Shown in pieces: positions 12,768-25,979 of a DNA stretch of 64,000 nt. The notes beneath the pieces were generated by a model. It did no database searches and was not told the origin of the DNA. It worked only from the letters and a program-made list of their open reading frames with translations. Positions within the stretch are counted from its first letter, which is position 1. Each line of letters begins with the position of its first letter. Location: the NCBI RefSeq assembly GCF_001194135.2, contig NC_068983.1, positions 65,418,608-65,482,607 on the forward strand. The letters are read 5' to 3'. The DNA comes from Octopus bimaculoides. Lineage: Eukaryota. Made by a program: the position numbers and the translations under genes.

Positions 12768-14209
12768 GATATATATATATATATATATATATATANNNNN
12801 NNNNNNNNNNNNNNNNNNNNNNNNNNNNNNNNNNNNNNNNNNNNNNNNNNNNNNNNNNNNNNNNNNNNNNNNNNNNNNNNNNNNNNNNNNNNNNNNNNNN
12901 NNNNNNNNNNNNNNNNNNNNNNNNNNNNNNNNNNNNNNNNNNNNNNNNNNNNNNNNNNNNNNNNNNNNNATATATATATATATATATACATACATACATA
13001 GATGAGGAATGCAGAAGTATGGTGGGTATTTAAAGATAATCTTCCAAAGTCATTTTATGTAAATATGTTTGATATTAAATATACTTATAGTTAATGAAAG
13101 TAAAGAGCGGCCTAGCAATTTTAAATTGCCTCTTACATATTAACACAGTCACTTTCGTATCCTGATATATAGTTGTGGTATTAATGATTTTTCTTCCATA
13201 CCACCTAGTTCCGAGCTGGAATTCAATGCGAAAACAAATTGTGCGTGTATACTCTACAATCATATTTCGCTATCTGATACACTGTAGATGGTACTAGATA
13301 GATGTGAACTGAGGCAAGTCCAGTGGTATACATACAATCGTGTGTATGCGTGTGTGCGTGCGTGAGTGTGTTTTAGTAAGTTTGTAAGAAATATGCCACT
13401 AAAAATTAGCAAATTTATAAAACATCACAATAAAATATGTGCATTTCTTCTACAAATGCTTATCTGTATTTACTGTTTATTATTCTGTTACTCTTCCATA
13501 TAAAGGTATATGTACTTACATGTCAATACGGTTTCTGCTGTTTTGGTCTTTTGGTGGACTGATCTAGGATTGAACCAATAACATGCAATTCAGATCACAT
13601 GAAACTATCGCCTAATGAAAACTGCGCACTCTGCATAAACGCTGTTTATGGTCCATACATTTTTGAGGGTGTGTTTTCAGATGATGTTCACAAATAATTA
13701 ATTAATTAAACGGAATTTTCTTCTTGGTGTCTCAAGAGATATGAAGTTGAAAAAACAACAAGTCAACAATTAATTTACACAGTGATGGACATATTTATAT
13801 TTGTTACTGATCAAGATGATATGAACTTCGGATTTATTGTTTCCTGTAGGAAGATCTAGCTTTGGAATCTTCACATTAATCGTATTATCTGATTTCATTA
13901 TCTATAAATTTATACTTCTTGAATATTGCCATGTTTTCTTTTTCTTTCTTTTTGTTTTTCGCAAGAATATAATAAAGATTTTTTTTAAGGCGTCTCATTT
14001 CACTGTTTTACACAGATAAACACTGTTGTTCTCCATTTGTTGACCGGATCACTTAACTTACACTTTCACACGTGAAATATATAACAGTACACGAATCCCG
14101 TACAAAATATTTCATATAAAGTGCATATTGCTACATGAAATGTATCGACTGTGATGTAGCATTTCATTAAATCATTTTTCATTTCGAATGCCGAGTTCAG
14201 TACATCTTA

Positions 14210-14440
14210 TTTCTTTATTGTCCACAAGAGGCTAAACATAGAGGGGACGAACAAGGACAGACAAAGGGATTAAGTCGATTACATCGACTCCAATGCGTAA
14301 CTGGTACTTAATTTATCGACCCGGAAAGGATGAAACGCAAAGTCGACCTCAGCGGAATTTGAACTCAGAACGTAACGGCAGATGAAATACCGCTGAGCAT
14401 TTCGCCCGGTGTGCTAACGTTTCTGCCAGCTCGCCGCCTT
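14210..14440 (-). mobile_element. SINE family C (tRNA-derived; central GTCGAC..TTTCATCCTTT..GGGTCGATAAATTAAGTAC domain resembling the MetaSINE domain)
   Basis: B-box GAGTTCAAATTC; same core at 16450, 22510, 33800 and 59920. The Meta-domain assignment is from memory. Confidence 0.8.
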
Positions 14441-15069
14441 GCCAGTTCACTACATCTATAGTGCACCACCTAACGCTGGGTACAGTAATCGCACAGACAC
14501 ATGCAGAGAAATGGTATATAAGAGGGAAAGACACTTGTGTACATTCCCTTTGAAGGTATGAAGTGGTTGAAGAATGCACAGTTATGAGGTGACAGTGTTT
14601 TTTGAATATTAGCTTTTATGGTCTACTAATAGTGCATGTGTTTCAAGGTAGCAGAATTCTGTTAAACTACAACAATACATAAGTGTACATGTTTGTGTGT
14701 CATCGACTTACTGTCAGTACGTCGCTACTGATATAGTTTTCTCAATTTGGTAATATCTGAACTGCTTCTCCTAAATTACTACAAAGACTTTCGATAATTT
14801 TCAAACTATACGGATTCCAATATCCGCATTTTTCTCCTAAATTACAACAAATATAAGATAAATATGAAGAAAGTAATTTCTTCAGATGTAAAACTCAACC
14901 TAAAGACTGGAAATACTATCCTATTACACTAAATCCAACGAACAAACGAAACTCTATTACTACTACAACTGCCATCATCACCACTACTATTATATACTTA
15001 TATACATACTTATGTGTGTGTGAGCGTGCGTATGTGTGTGCGCGCGTGCATGTATATGTATATGCACGT

Positions 15070-15180
15070 AGATAAGATAGACAGACAGACAGACAGAAAG
15101 ACAGATTGATAGACAGACAGACAAACAGACACACAGACACACAGACACACACAGACAGACAGACAGACAAACAGATAGAC

Positions 15181-15220
<40 letters not shown>
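15070..15220. repeat. Compound (AGAT)n/(AGAC)n microsatellite
   Basis: Direct reading. Confidence 0.95.
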
Positions 15221-15221
<1 letters not shown>

Positions 15222-15222
<1 letters not shown>

Positions 15223-15360
15223 AACGGTATGGCTATGGGATAAGAAGTTTACCTTCAGCCACACACGGGTCATGGTTCAGTCCCACTACGTGGCATCCAA
15301 GGCAAATGCCTTCTACTGTAGCTCCTGGCCGATCATAGATCTGATAGAATCCCATCGTAT
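15222..15360 (+). mobile_element. SINE family A head, diverged
   Basis: CATGGTTCAGTCCCACTACGTGGCATCCAAGGCAAATGCCTTCTACTGTAGC matches the heads at 8020-8177 and 24845-25010. Confidence 0.7.
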
Positions 15361-16449
15361 ATATGTTCATGTGTATGTAAATTAATTTTGACTTCGGCAG
15401 AATCTTGAAAATGAGATACTATTCGTTCTTTTACTATCGTTAATCGACTGTTCTGAGACATTGTAGAATGTAATGAAAGAAGGAGGAAACAAATTAGGAA
15501 CTAAGAACAAAAGTAGGAAAACCAAATTTATGAAAGCGATTCGTTCGATGTTTGAATAACTTTGCTAATCCAGCAAATAAATATAAAGTTGAATTATGTA
15601 TGATACATAACTCATATTATTTTGTAAATGTCTGAGATAATGTGAACAACTATTCCGCAACGGAAATCGTTTGTTAGAGAACTTAAATATAGGCTGATGG
15701 ATGGTTTCACTTTAAACCCGTTGGTGAAAGTGATGTATTCCTATACCATATCATCAATCAAGCAAAGGTTTGCAATACATTTCCTTAATATTTATAATCA
15801 CCGTCATAGAAGTACACTAAATATCGTTTGATGTATTTCAGTGGCACGTGATTTCAAGGTATTAGCAATTTTTTTTAATATTTAAATATAAATATATTAA
15901 ATTGAGAAACATTAGATATCAACTACTGTCATTTAATTATCTGGAACCAATCGTTGTTTATGACTGATTGATATTATGTGAGAACCTGACCTTTCCTTTG
16001 TAAACGACATTAGAACATTAATATTCCTTAACAATGCTAATCACGTTTTTCTTCCTACTAATGACATAATTAATTTTTTGTAATTATTTAAATGGCGGTG
16101 GAACTGAAACCATGAATCTATAGACACAAATTCAAACGACGGTGTTCATAACAGTCATTCATTTAAAAATTACTCGAAGTAGATCGATGTAAGAAGAGTA
16201 TAATGCACAGAATGATTCTGGCTAGTTGAAGCTACATGAAGGAATAAGATATAAAATATATTTACTGTGAGGCTTGTGGGCTGACAGATATTAAGTGTGA
16301 TAATATGAACAATATGTGCAGTGCATTGGGACAACCAAGTGTGAGGGAGCATTTGTTTGTTTATTGAAGAAATTTGAGTAGTAACAGTAAATATCACAGA
16401 AAGATGAAACGACGCATATGTTTGTTACTTATAACATTTTTTACACGCT

Positions 16450-16670
16450 AAGGCGGCTAGCTGGTACAAACGTTAGCACGCCGGGCGAAATTCTTAGATG
16501 GTATTTCTTCTGTCTTTACGGTCTGAGTTTAAGTTCCGCCAAGGTCGACTTTTCCTTTCATCTTTTGGGGGTCGATAAATTAAGTACTAGTTGCGTACTG
16601 GCATCGATCTAATCGACTGGCCCCCTCCCCCAAAATTTCGGGCATTGTGCCTAGAGTACAAAAGAATAAT
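16450..16670 (+). mobile_element. SINE family C copy
   Basis: AACGTTAGCACGCCGGGCGAAA...GGTCGACTTTTCCTTTCATC..GGGGTCGATAAATTAAGTAC matches the reverse complement of 14210-14440. Confidence 0.8.
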
Positions 16671-17514
16671 TGAACATGAGCACTTTCTAATTTCCAGATA
16701 ACATTATAACGAAAATAGAAGCAAAACTGATTTCAAATTTTTGAATAATTCTAAAGAGCATGGTCATTTGTTCTGAATCAATCTCATAGTTAGAGACAAG
16801 TTAATCCCCCTTTGAGTGCACCTCACACCACAAAATATCATTTGTTGACTACCTGCACTTAAATGAATTTTGATATGTTGTATTAAGTATAATGTGGTGG
16901 ATTAGGATACAAAACTAAGAACTTGATACTTTATTCTTTACAGTTTGTAATTTTTTAAAGCAAATCTTACGAAATATACGCAAGTTTGTTTTTTTCTTAA
17001 ATAGTCAAAGCCCCCTAACTTTAGTGGAAGCCATTAATAGTCGAAGCCATGACATTCCCAGAAATGTGAATAAAAAACAACAGTAGAAATTTCTGCAAGC
17101 ACATAACCCGGAGATATATCCCCCTGCTGCCTTCTACAGTAATTTTGTATAATAAACATGAAAGACGTTTACGACAGCCGCGTGTATCTAGTAAATTTGC
17201 TTCATGCATTTACGAAAGCAGCGACAACTGAACACATATACACAGATTCTGTAGTGAAGTTTCGGATGGCAATGCAAGTATTTCCAATGCAACACACAGC
17301 CCGAGCTCGAGGCTATTTATACTCTTCAAGTGGATTCTCAAGGAAAATCAGACTTCCATCTAAATGTGCAGTCTTACATTACACATTCCAATGTATAAAT
17401 ATGCAAAGATTACGTAAATATCACATGGCACAGTTGCGTGTAATAGCGTTAAAAAGAGTGGTACCCAAACAGTTGTAGCTGGTGGTCAGTAAAATGCTTC
17501 TCGTTCTAATTGTT

Positions 17515-17698
17515 TCAGGCATCTGATAGCGGCCGTTCTAGCACACTGTCTTCGATGGTTTTAGTCGAAAAATTCGATCCAATGAATCGTTAGACCTAAT
17601 ACTTATTTAAACGTTCTCTTTTGCCGATCACGAAGTTTCGGGGACATAACACACTAACATCGGTTTTAGAGTGGTGGTGGACAAACACAGACGCAAAG

Positions 17699-17735
<37 letters not shown>

Positions 17736-17750
17736 CACGACGGCCTTCTT

Positions 17751-17760
<10 letters not shown>
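17515..17760 (-). mobile_element. SINE family A, 3' half plus internal microsatellite, running into a gap
   Basis: CGGGGACATAACACACTAACATCGG..GGTGGACAAACACAGAC, then (CA)/(TA), then CGACGGCCTTCTTTCAGTTT as at 8025 and 24848. Confidence 0.7.
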
Positions 17761-17791
<31 letters not shown>

Positions 17792-18940
17792 NNNNNNNNN
17801 NNNNNNNNNNNNNNNNNNNNNNNNNNNNNNNNNNNNNNNNNNNNNNNNNNNNNNNNNNNNNNNNNNNNNNNNNNNNNNNNNNNNNNNNNNNNNNNNNNNN
17901 NNNNNNNNNNNNNNNNNNNNNNNNNNNNNNNNNNNNNNNNNNNNNNNNNNNNNNNNNNNNNNNNNNNNNNNNNNNNNNNNNNNNNNNNNNNNNNNNNNNN
18001 NNNNNNNNNNNNNNNNNNNNNNNNNNNNNNNNNNNNNNNNNNNNNNNNNNNNNNNNNNNNNNNNNNNNNNNNNNNNNNNNNNNNNNNNNNNNNNNNNNNN
18101 NNNNNNNNNNNNNNNNNNNNNNNNNNNNNNNNNNNNNNNNNNNNNNNNNNNNNNNNNNNNNNNNNNNNNNNNNNNNNNNNNNNNNNNNNNNNNNNNNNNN
18201 NNNNNNNNNNNNNNNNNNNNNNNNNNNNNNNNNNNNNNNNNNNNNNNNNNNNNNNNNNNNNNNNNNNNNNNNNNNNNNNATTTGCAGAGAGCAGAAATTG
18301 AAAGAATATATCTGAAATGGACGTGGGTGTGGGTGTATATATGTGTGTGTATGCGTGTGTGTGCGTGCGTGCGGGCGTGCGGGCGTGCCCATCGTATAAA
18401 ATATTTACGATAGTTGATTTATGGAAAAGATTATGTTAAATTTTTGAAATGCAAATATGTGAATGAAAATTAATTTCAGACAACTACGTGGTAGCTAGAC
18501 CTGGTAGAAATTGCAGCCAAATCTCCTTCAAAACACCCTACTATCTTAATCCGACAATTCTGCTTATTATGTAGTTTGAATGAGAAACTGTAACTAAAGA
18601 TTAAGATTATTAACTCCACAAAGAGGTGAAAGAAGAGAGAGACAGCATAGCGAAAGCTTAGGCTGACTGTCATCCTGTACTCCCCTTGTTGCTAGCGAAA
18701 TGGTATATGCTGGCTGTGTGAGCAACTTGTTTTAATGGCGGAACAAACAGGGGACTTCCATTAGAAAAGTTTTAATCGATTTTCTCGGTAAGTATGGGGG
18801 CTAGGAAAAAGTACAAGCCGCATTCCAATCTATGCACTCGTCTCTACATGTGTGCCATTTTCCACGCGAACCCACACAGCAGTTGGATGTGAACCTCAAG
18901 GCAAGAAAGAATACAACAATCGCCCATGTTCAATTTATAT

Positions 18941-19065
<125 letters not shown>

Positions 19066-19329
19066 CCTTACGAATGGGTTTGGCAGACGGAAACTAGAAG
19101 AAGCCCGTTGTATACAAGGTGCGTAAAGTATTCGAGTACATAATTTTTGTTGGTCATTGCTGTATCTTTTGCTAACTCTAAAATCTGTTTCAGAAAATAA
19201 TAGAGACAGACTCTCAGCTTACTCAAGAAATGAAGAGGCATGCACTTTTTGTGGTTGTAAAGGCTGACCATAGCGATTTAGAAATATCTTTTGTTTTTTT
19301 TTTAAATTTACCAGATCTTTCGTCTACAA

Positions 19330-19890
19330 AGTATGTAAGGAGCTAGAGAATGAAGATGAAAACGCATCACCAGTATCGAAGCATAAAAAGCATTCTTAAC
19401 GCTCTGAAATCATCAGAACACCTGAATTCATCCAGCAAGTTCAACAGTTCATTAATTACAATCCCAGAAATTCCATGAGATCAATTGCAAAAGATCTCCA
19501 TATGTTAGAAGGAACAGTCGGAAATGTTGTCCACGAAGACATCAGATATAAGTCTTATATGATGAAGAAATGTCAATTTGTAATAAAGAGCAAGACAAAA
19601 ATCATTACATCAGATCTTAAGCAAACTGAAAAATCCAGCAGAAGATTTGATTTCGTTTTTCTCAGACGAGAAAAACTTTGACCAAGTTCAAAAAGTTTAC
19701 AGAAGAAATGACAGATGGTTATGTGCTGACTCTTCTGAAGTTGCAAGTGTTATGCGTACAAAATTTTATGTAACTGTCATCGATTTAGGGGTTGTCAGCA
19801 ATGAAGGACGTGTGATATCTCCTTACATCTTTCCTTAGAGTTATCTCTGCCGCTTACATTGAGGTCCTGGAAATAATTGTTAAACCCTGA
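19330..19890 (+). mobile_element. Tc1/mariner-superfamily transposase fragment, DD37D/maT-like
   Basis: MRSIAKDLHMLEGTVGNVVHEDIRYKSY (HTH) and FFSDEKNFDQVQKVYRRNDRWL...LGVVSNEGRVISPYIFP (first catalytic D region, FSDEK). Truncated and frameshifted. Confidence 0.8.
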
Positions 19891-19929
19891 ATACGCAGTG
19901 TATGCAATGGAAGGTGTGTTTATGTACCT

Positions 19930-20068
19930 GCATCTTAGCGGTTCGGTGAAAGCAACCTATATAATAAGTATTATACATACAAAGAATAAATCCTGGGGTG
20001 GATTTCTTCGTCTAACGTCCTTTAAGGCGTTGGTCCAGCATACCCGTATTCAAATGACTGAAATAAAT

Positions 20069-20070
<2 letters not shown>
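19930..20070 (+). mobile_element. SINE family A, 3' end
   Basis: CTTAGCGGTTCGG..AATAAGTA..CAAAGAATAAATCCTGGGGT..CCAGCAT..CAAATGACTGAAA matches the reverse complement of 1900-2030. Confidence 0.7.
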
Positions 20071-20121
<51 letters not shown>

Positions 20122-20123
<2 letters not shown>

Positions 20124-20290
20124 GACGGGTTGTCCATTAGGTTTCGTCTAACAAATTCATTCAAAAGGCTGTGGTCGACCTGAGATTATAGCAGAAAAAC
20201 ATGCTCAAGGTAACATATAGTGAGACTGAACCGGAAACCATGAGGTTGGTAAACAAGCTTCTTGACACGCAGCCACGCTTGCGACTATAT
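20122..20290 (-). mobile_element. SINE family A head
   Basis: GACTGAACCGGAAACCATG..GGTAAACAAGCTTCTTGACACGCAGCCACG matches 8110-8165. Confidence 0.75.
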
Positions 20291-21775
20291 ATACATAATA
20301 TATATGCGTATTTGCGTGTATTTATGCGTACGTATATATAAACACACACACACATATATAGCAAGGGATAGCCACGCATATATGCGTGTCTCTTCGTGCG
20401 TTTTCGTATAATTAAACTAGAGTTAGTATGTTTAGCGAACGCATCCTTACTCACACCATGAAAATATGACATGGAAACAAATAACAACAATCTTGTCAAA
20501 CACACAAAAATAGCATCCAACTAGTCCCATACTTTTTAATCCACATTTCAAGAAAATCTATTTTCCTTATGAAACATATAAACAAACTATTATTGGTGTA
20601 TAGAAATTTACATAATAATATCCACAACTACATAGTGAAATACCATTCTATGTGATCCTTGAGTAAATAGATTTTTTGAAATCATATACTGTATGATTGT
20701 ACGTTGAGGTCAAAAGCTATTACAGAAATTTAAGAACGTACAGAACCCAATATGATACTACTCGATTCCTTATTGATGTGTCAGTGACGAGGTCGAGATG
20801 GACGGCAAATAGTTTGACACTTCAATAATTAGACAAAAATCGTGTTTTTCTTTATGACTTCTTGAAAAGCTAATTTTTCCCTTCCACATTATAATTACCT
20901 CAGTTTCTTGGTGGTCTTTGGATCAAGTTACTTCCTAAACAATTGGAACTGCGAAGCTATGTTCAGGAACCAAAAATATAGTCTAGCTGGTTTCATTTTC
21001 GCACTTGTTGCGTATAAAAAATCTGGAAAATACATGTTTAATTTTTTTCATTTCTAGCCCTTGAATACAGAAGTTGATATTGGTAGTGTTAGCCAACTAT
21101 TGATGAATATTTGTGTTCGCAAAATATCAAACAAGTTTTTGCGTTAGTGGAAAAAATAAAATATTATTAACATTTTTTCACCGATTACCAGTTTGCACTG
21201 CATGAATCCGCTGTATTTCGGCATTATAGTATGTGGTCGATTATGTCTGGTTTTATTACAGCTGGGGATTATAACTTGTCGACTGGGCTTAACGACACAT
21301 CTCGCACAATCATATCGATTTATAGCATTTGGTCCATATAAACACAATTGATTTTTGTAACCTGACATCATAATATTAGTCATGAAAATAATATTCAATA
21401 GCATTTAATAACCTCAATTTCAACTAGAACTCATGTTTTTATGAGAGTTTTATAAGCATAAACATATATTTGTATTAATCGTAAAAACGCATTCTTCTTT
21501 TATTATGTAAGGTATTTACGCACCGATTAGCAAAAGTTTTCATATTCACTTCTAAGTCCGATGACACAAACAATTTTAATTTAGGTTTCTACTCTTGATA
21601 CCATTGATATCGTGAAAGTTAATTACCGTTAGAAATATGTTCACGAGAGTAACGTCCGTAATTTTGAAACTGTAAATAACTCCATCACAAGACATGTATT
21701 CAAATTACTATATCACAGTGTCCTACTTATAGAACTGGAGATCCCGATTATGTTGAGTATGACGACGAAGCCGCT

Positions 21776-21821
<46 letters not shown>
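21776..21821. repeat. (TAG)n microsatellite
   Basis: Direct reading. Confidence 0.95.
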
Positions 21822-21824
<3 letters not shown>

Positions 21825-22285
21825 CAGCAACAGCATCAGTAATGCCAATACAACCACTGTTTCTCTCAGTATTGAATGGAATGCCGGAAAGTCGTGATGA
21901 TGGAAATCAAATGCACAATTCTAAGCGACAAAACTGACAAATTTTACGTTATCTGAGGTATCATTCCGTACACAACTCCCATGGAGAATTAGATTCTGCA
22001 ACTCAGGTTAATTTCAAACAAATTCCGTGGACATTAAGCATGAAGGAAATTGTTTTATTTCAACTATTAACTTCATCTTTCCTGTTTTCATTTATTTTTC
22101 ATGGCTCATCTATTAAATTATATGAATACCACTTGGAGACATAAATGTTTATTAAAAGCTATTAAATGGACGTCTCTATATTAAAAAGCGATAATTTCAT
22201 CTTAAGTGGGAATATGACGCATTCCGATAGAGTTGTATTTTTACACACACATGAATATATAGAGAATCACGCATGCACGCAAAAC

Positions 22286-22320
<35 letters not shown>

Positions 22321-22509
22321 AACACACAAACACGCACACACATACACACATATATATATATAACACAGTAGAAAAGTAATAAAATGTGTCTCTTTGGTAA
22401 TTCTATTATATTATTGTTATTAAAAGGCAATGTCTCACAGGAAATGTAAAATATGTATTTGTAATTTCCTTTTTTTTTTTTTTTCAATATATTTTAGATA
22501 TTGTTTAAG

Positions 22510-22730
22510 ATGGAGAGCTGATAAAATCGTTATCTCATCGGGCAAAATGCTTGGTGACATTTCCGACGGTATTTTCTGACTTCAAATTCTGCCGTGGTCG
22601 ACTTTTTTCATTCCTTTCGGAGTCGATAAAATAAGTTCGAGTTGAGTACTGGGATCTATGTAATCGACTTATCTTCTCCCCGGAATTTACTAGTTTTGTG
22701 TCAAAATTTGTAACCAGTATTATAAATATT
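22510..22730 (+). mobile_element. SINE family C copy, diverged
   Basis: GACTTCAAATTCTGCCGTGGTCGAC..CCTTTCGGAGTCGATAAAATAAG..ATGTAATCGACTTA. Confidence 0.75.
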
Positions 22731-23346
22731 ATCCAGTATGTCGCGAATAATGACACGTGGTAATTTATTCACAAGAAGGACTGCAACGTAATTATTTTTA
22801 AAAACACGGATATAATTCAATAATGAAAATATATTTCCTCTGCTAAGATCATTTCAGATCTCTGAGCAGTCTCCCATGTTGTATTGTCTCCATATTCTAA
22901 AAATTCAACCCACTTCTTTCTAGCTGCTATCAAAAAGCGCCTGATATCTCTTTACTATATTTTTTATACGATATACTACAATACAAACTCTATAACATTT
23001 ATATCAAGTACACTCTATAACATGTATACCAAGTGCTCGCTTCAAGATACAATGATATGGATGTAGCTGCAAAACTCATACACTACTAATGTTCCTTTGA
23101 ATACCAAATATATCATTTTGTATATTTATGTTTGAAATTTGTCTGTTGAACGAAATGGAAATCAATGTATTCTACAAAAGACTGGGTGGTTGTATATGTT
23201 CAGGAAATTAAGAGCTGTTCTGACGGGTCTTTTTCTTATCAGAAAAAAATTGCAATGGAACAAAATATGTTAAAACTTTTTCTCAACATTTTATAGTAAC
23301 TCCTAAACATTCGTATGCACACACACACACACACATGCCTGAAAGT

Positions 23347-23733
23347 GTTTATAGTGTTACCCGGGGCTTCTTGCCATGAAAAGTATTTTTATGGCGTATT
23401 ATCTGACCTTTAGACATGTTGACATATGGCTTCTTTAAAGGGGATAGTGTAAGGGAGCCATAGGGCAACAAGTCTTAAAGACTGATGAAACGCCATAAAG
23501 GTAGTCTTTATGGTGAGAAACCGGGGGGAGGGGGGGTAACCCTATAAACAAGCCTTCAGTAGTAATAAATATAGACTGCTCTACTTCTTAAACTGTGCTC
23601 CTCTCCGTTATTATGTTTTGCTAAACATTTACGATATCCCCTTTAAAGGAGCCATAGGCCAACACGTGCAAAGGTCTGATGATATGCCATAAAAATACAC
23701 TTTATGGCGAGAAACCCAGGGTAACCCTATAAA
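23347..23733. repeat. ~100-bp unit present three times: inverted (23347-23451), direct (23453-23549), direct (23628-23733)
   Basis: Shared GGAGCCATA..AAC..AAAGGTCTGATGA..GCCATAAA..TTTATGG..GAAAC..GGGTAACCCTATAAA; copy 1 is its reverse complement. Confidence 0.9.
23673..23726 (+). ncRNA. Candidate minimal type I hammerhead ribozyme (non-canonical helix II base)
   Basis: GGT-CTGATGA-T(A)TGCCATAAA-aatacac-TTTATGGCGA-GAA-ACCC-A-GGGT-A^ACC. Core boxes, 9-bp helix II, near-palindromic helix III, GUA triplet; helix I only 3 bp. Confidence 0.5.
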
Positions 23734-24509
23734 TAGGCCATCACCAATAATATATATATATGTATANNNNNNNNNNNNNNNNNNNNNNNNNNNNNNNNNN
23801 NNNNNNNNNNNNNNNNNNNNNNNNNNNNNNNNNNNNNNNNNNNNNNNNNNNNNNNNNNNNNNNNNNNNNNNNNNNNNNNNNNNNNNNNNNNNNNNNNNNN
23901 NNNNNNNNNNNNNNNNNNNNNNNNNNNNNNNNNNNNNNNNNNNNNNNNNNNNNNNNNNNNNNNNNNNNNNNNNNNNNNNNNNNNNNNNNNNNNNNNNNNN
24001 NNNNNNNNNNNNNNNNNNNNNNNNNNNNNNNNNNNNNNNNNNNNNNNNNNNNNNNNNNNNNNNNNNNNNNNNNNNNNNNNNNNNNNNNNNNNNNNNNNNN
24101 NNNNNNNNNNNNNNNNNNNNNNNNNNNNNNNNNNNNNNNNNNNNNNNNNNNNNNNNNNNNNNNNNNNNNNNNNNNNNNNNNNNNNNNNNNNNNNNNNNNN
24201 NNNNNNNNNNNNNNNNNNNNNNNNNNNNNNNNNNNNNNNNNNNNNNNNNNNNNNNNNNNNNNNNNNNNNNNNNNNNNNNNNNNNNNNNNNNNNNNNNNNN
24301 NNNNNNNNNNNNNNNNNNNNNNNNNNNNNNNNNNNNNNNNNNNNNNNNNNNNNNNNNNNNNNNNNNNNNNNNNNNNNNNNNNNNNNNNNNNNNNNNNNNN
24401 NNNNNNNNNNNNNNNNNNNNNNNNNNNNNNNNNNNNNNNNNNNNNNNNNNNNNNNNNNNNNNNNATATGTATGGAATACGCAGTTGGGGCAGTATTTCAT
24501 TCTTTTATT

Positions 24510-25010
24510 CTTTTATCCGACCATGCTCGAGCAAGCACCGCCTTGAAGTGTTTTAGTCAAACAAATTGACTTCAGGACGTATTTCTAAGCCTATGACTTA
24601 TTCTATCGTTCTCTTCTGACTGGAAAATCTTTCTCCCTCTTATTTAATTTGCAATTTATTTTTAACATAGCAAGGCTATCAGAGATGTTTTTTCAAAGCA
24701 AATATTGCACCCACTTGAGTACTGTTAAGTTACAGGGATGTAATCACACCGACACTGCTTATCAAGCAGTGATGAGGGAGACAAATACAGACACACACAT
24801 AAATACACACACACACACACACACACACACACGTATACATATATACAACGAACTTCTTTCAGTTTCCGTCTGCCAAATCTACTCACAGAGCTTCGATTGG
24901 CCCCAGGCTATAGTAGAGGACACTTGACCAAGGTGCCACGTAGTGGGACTTAACCTGGAACCATGTGGCTGGGATGCAAACGTCTTACCACACAGCCACG
25001 CCTGCGCCTA
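24510..25010 (-). mobile_element. SINE family A: head, (CA)n and 3' half
   Basis: Head on the minus strand GGCGCAGGCGTGGCTGTGTGGTAAG..GGTTCCAGGTTAAGTCCCACTACGTGGCACCTTGGTCAAGTGTCCTCTACTATAGCC; 3' block at 24510-24790. Confidence 0.85.
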
Positions 25011-25979
25011 TTTAATTAAAATACCTATACAGGTCATCTCCCATCGTACACTTTAAACAAATCATACCAATTCAGAACACATCAAATCAGCTTTCTAAAA
25101 AAATGTCGCACTGAAGCTGCTGCATTATTTGCATTGAAATAACATCTCTCATAGATTTTCTATGTTAAAAATAAATTAAATAAGAAGAGAAAATTTGTCC
25201 ATGCAACATCCAGCAAGAGTACAAGACGCATTACTGCCTTTTTTCTCTCCCTTTTTTTTTTTTAGCTATTTGACAGGCGCGCAATCACTGACCTTTATAG
25301 ACTGGGACGAGAATACGCAATCTGAGGTGTAGGAAAACGTAAATATATCATCAACTGATGTTGTGAAGAGTCGACCGGCTTGATTAAAAATCAAGTATAC
25401 AAAATATTATTTAATGAAAACACCCATCAAACTCTGTCGATATGTTAGTTACTGCAGCACTTATGCTGAGATAGCATCTCTAATGGACTCGCTGTGTTAA
25501 ATGCACAATAAAAATCAGAGACGAACATTCATCTCACCAGCGGCAGGTGAGAGAGCCCAATACATTTCAGCTCCTTTATGTCTTTACAATGACCCCTATT
25601 CGCAGCCAGTCACTTTTGTTTTTTGCATTTTTTTTACACTGACCCATATAAGATATTATCTGAGGACAAATACTGCAGGAACTGGCCTTTCGACGATTTT
25701 GCGTATACACATATAGTATATTACATTGATATCTATGCCTGTCTGTCTGTCTGTATGTATGTATGTATCTATGTATGTATGTATGACTCTTCTATTTTTG
25801 ATTATTATAAATCTTCCACTGAGGAGGGAGCAGGCTCCATTTTGGGGACATAGTTAACACCGACAAGTACAAGGTTCCATTTTTTGGGATATAGTTAACA
25901 CCGACAAATTTACATTTGGAACATGAGCAAAGTCTTGCATATTTATGCTGTTCCACTCACAGATTGCACTTGTACTGCG

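Noticed and set aside
25833-25907. ~35-bp tandem duplication
   Set aside because: Two copies only; ordinary slippage-type duplication.
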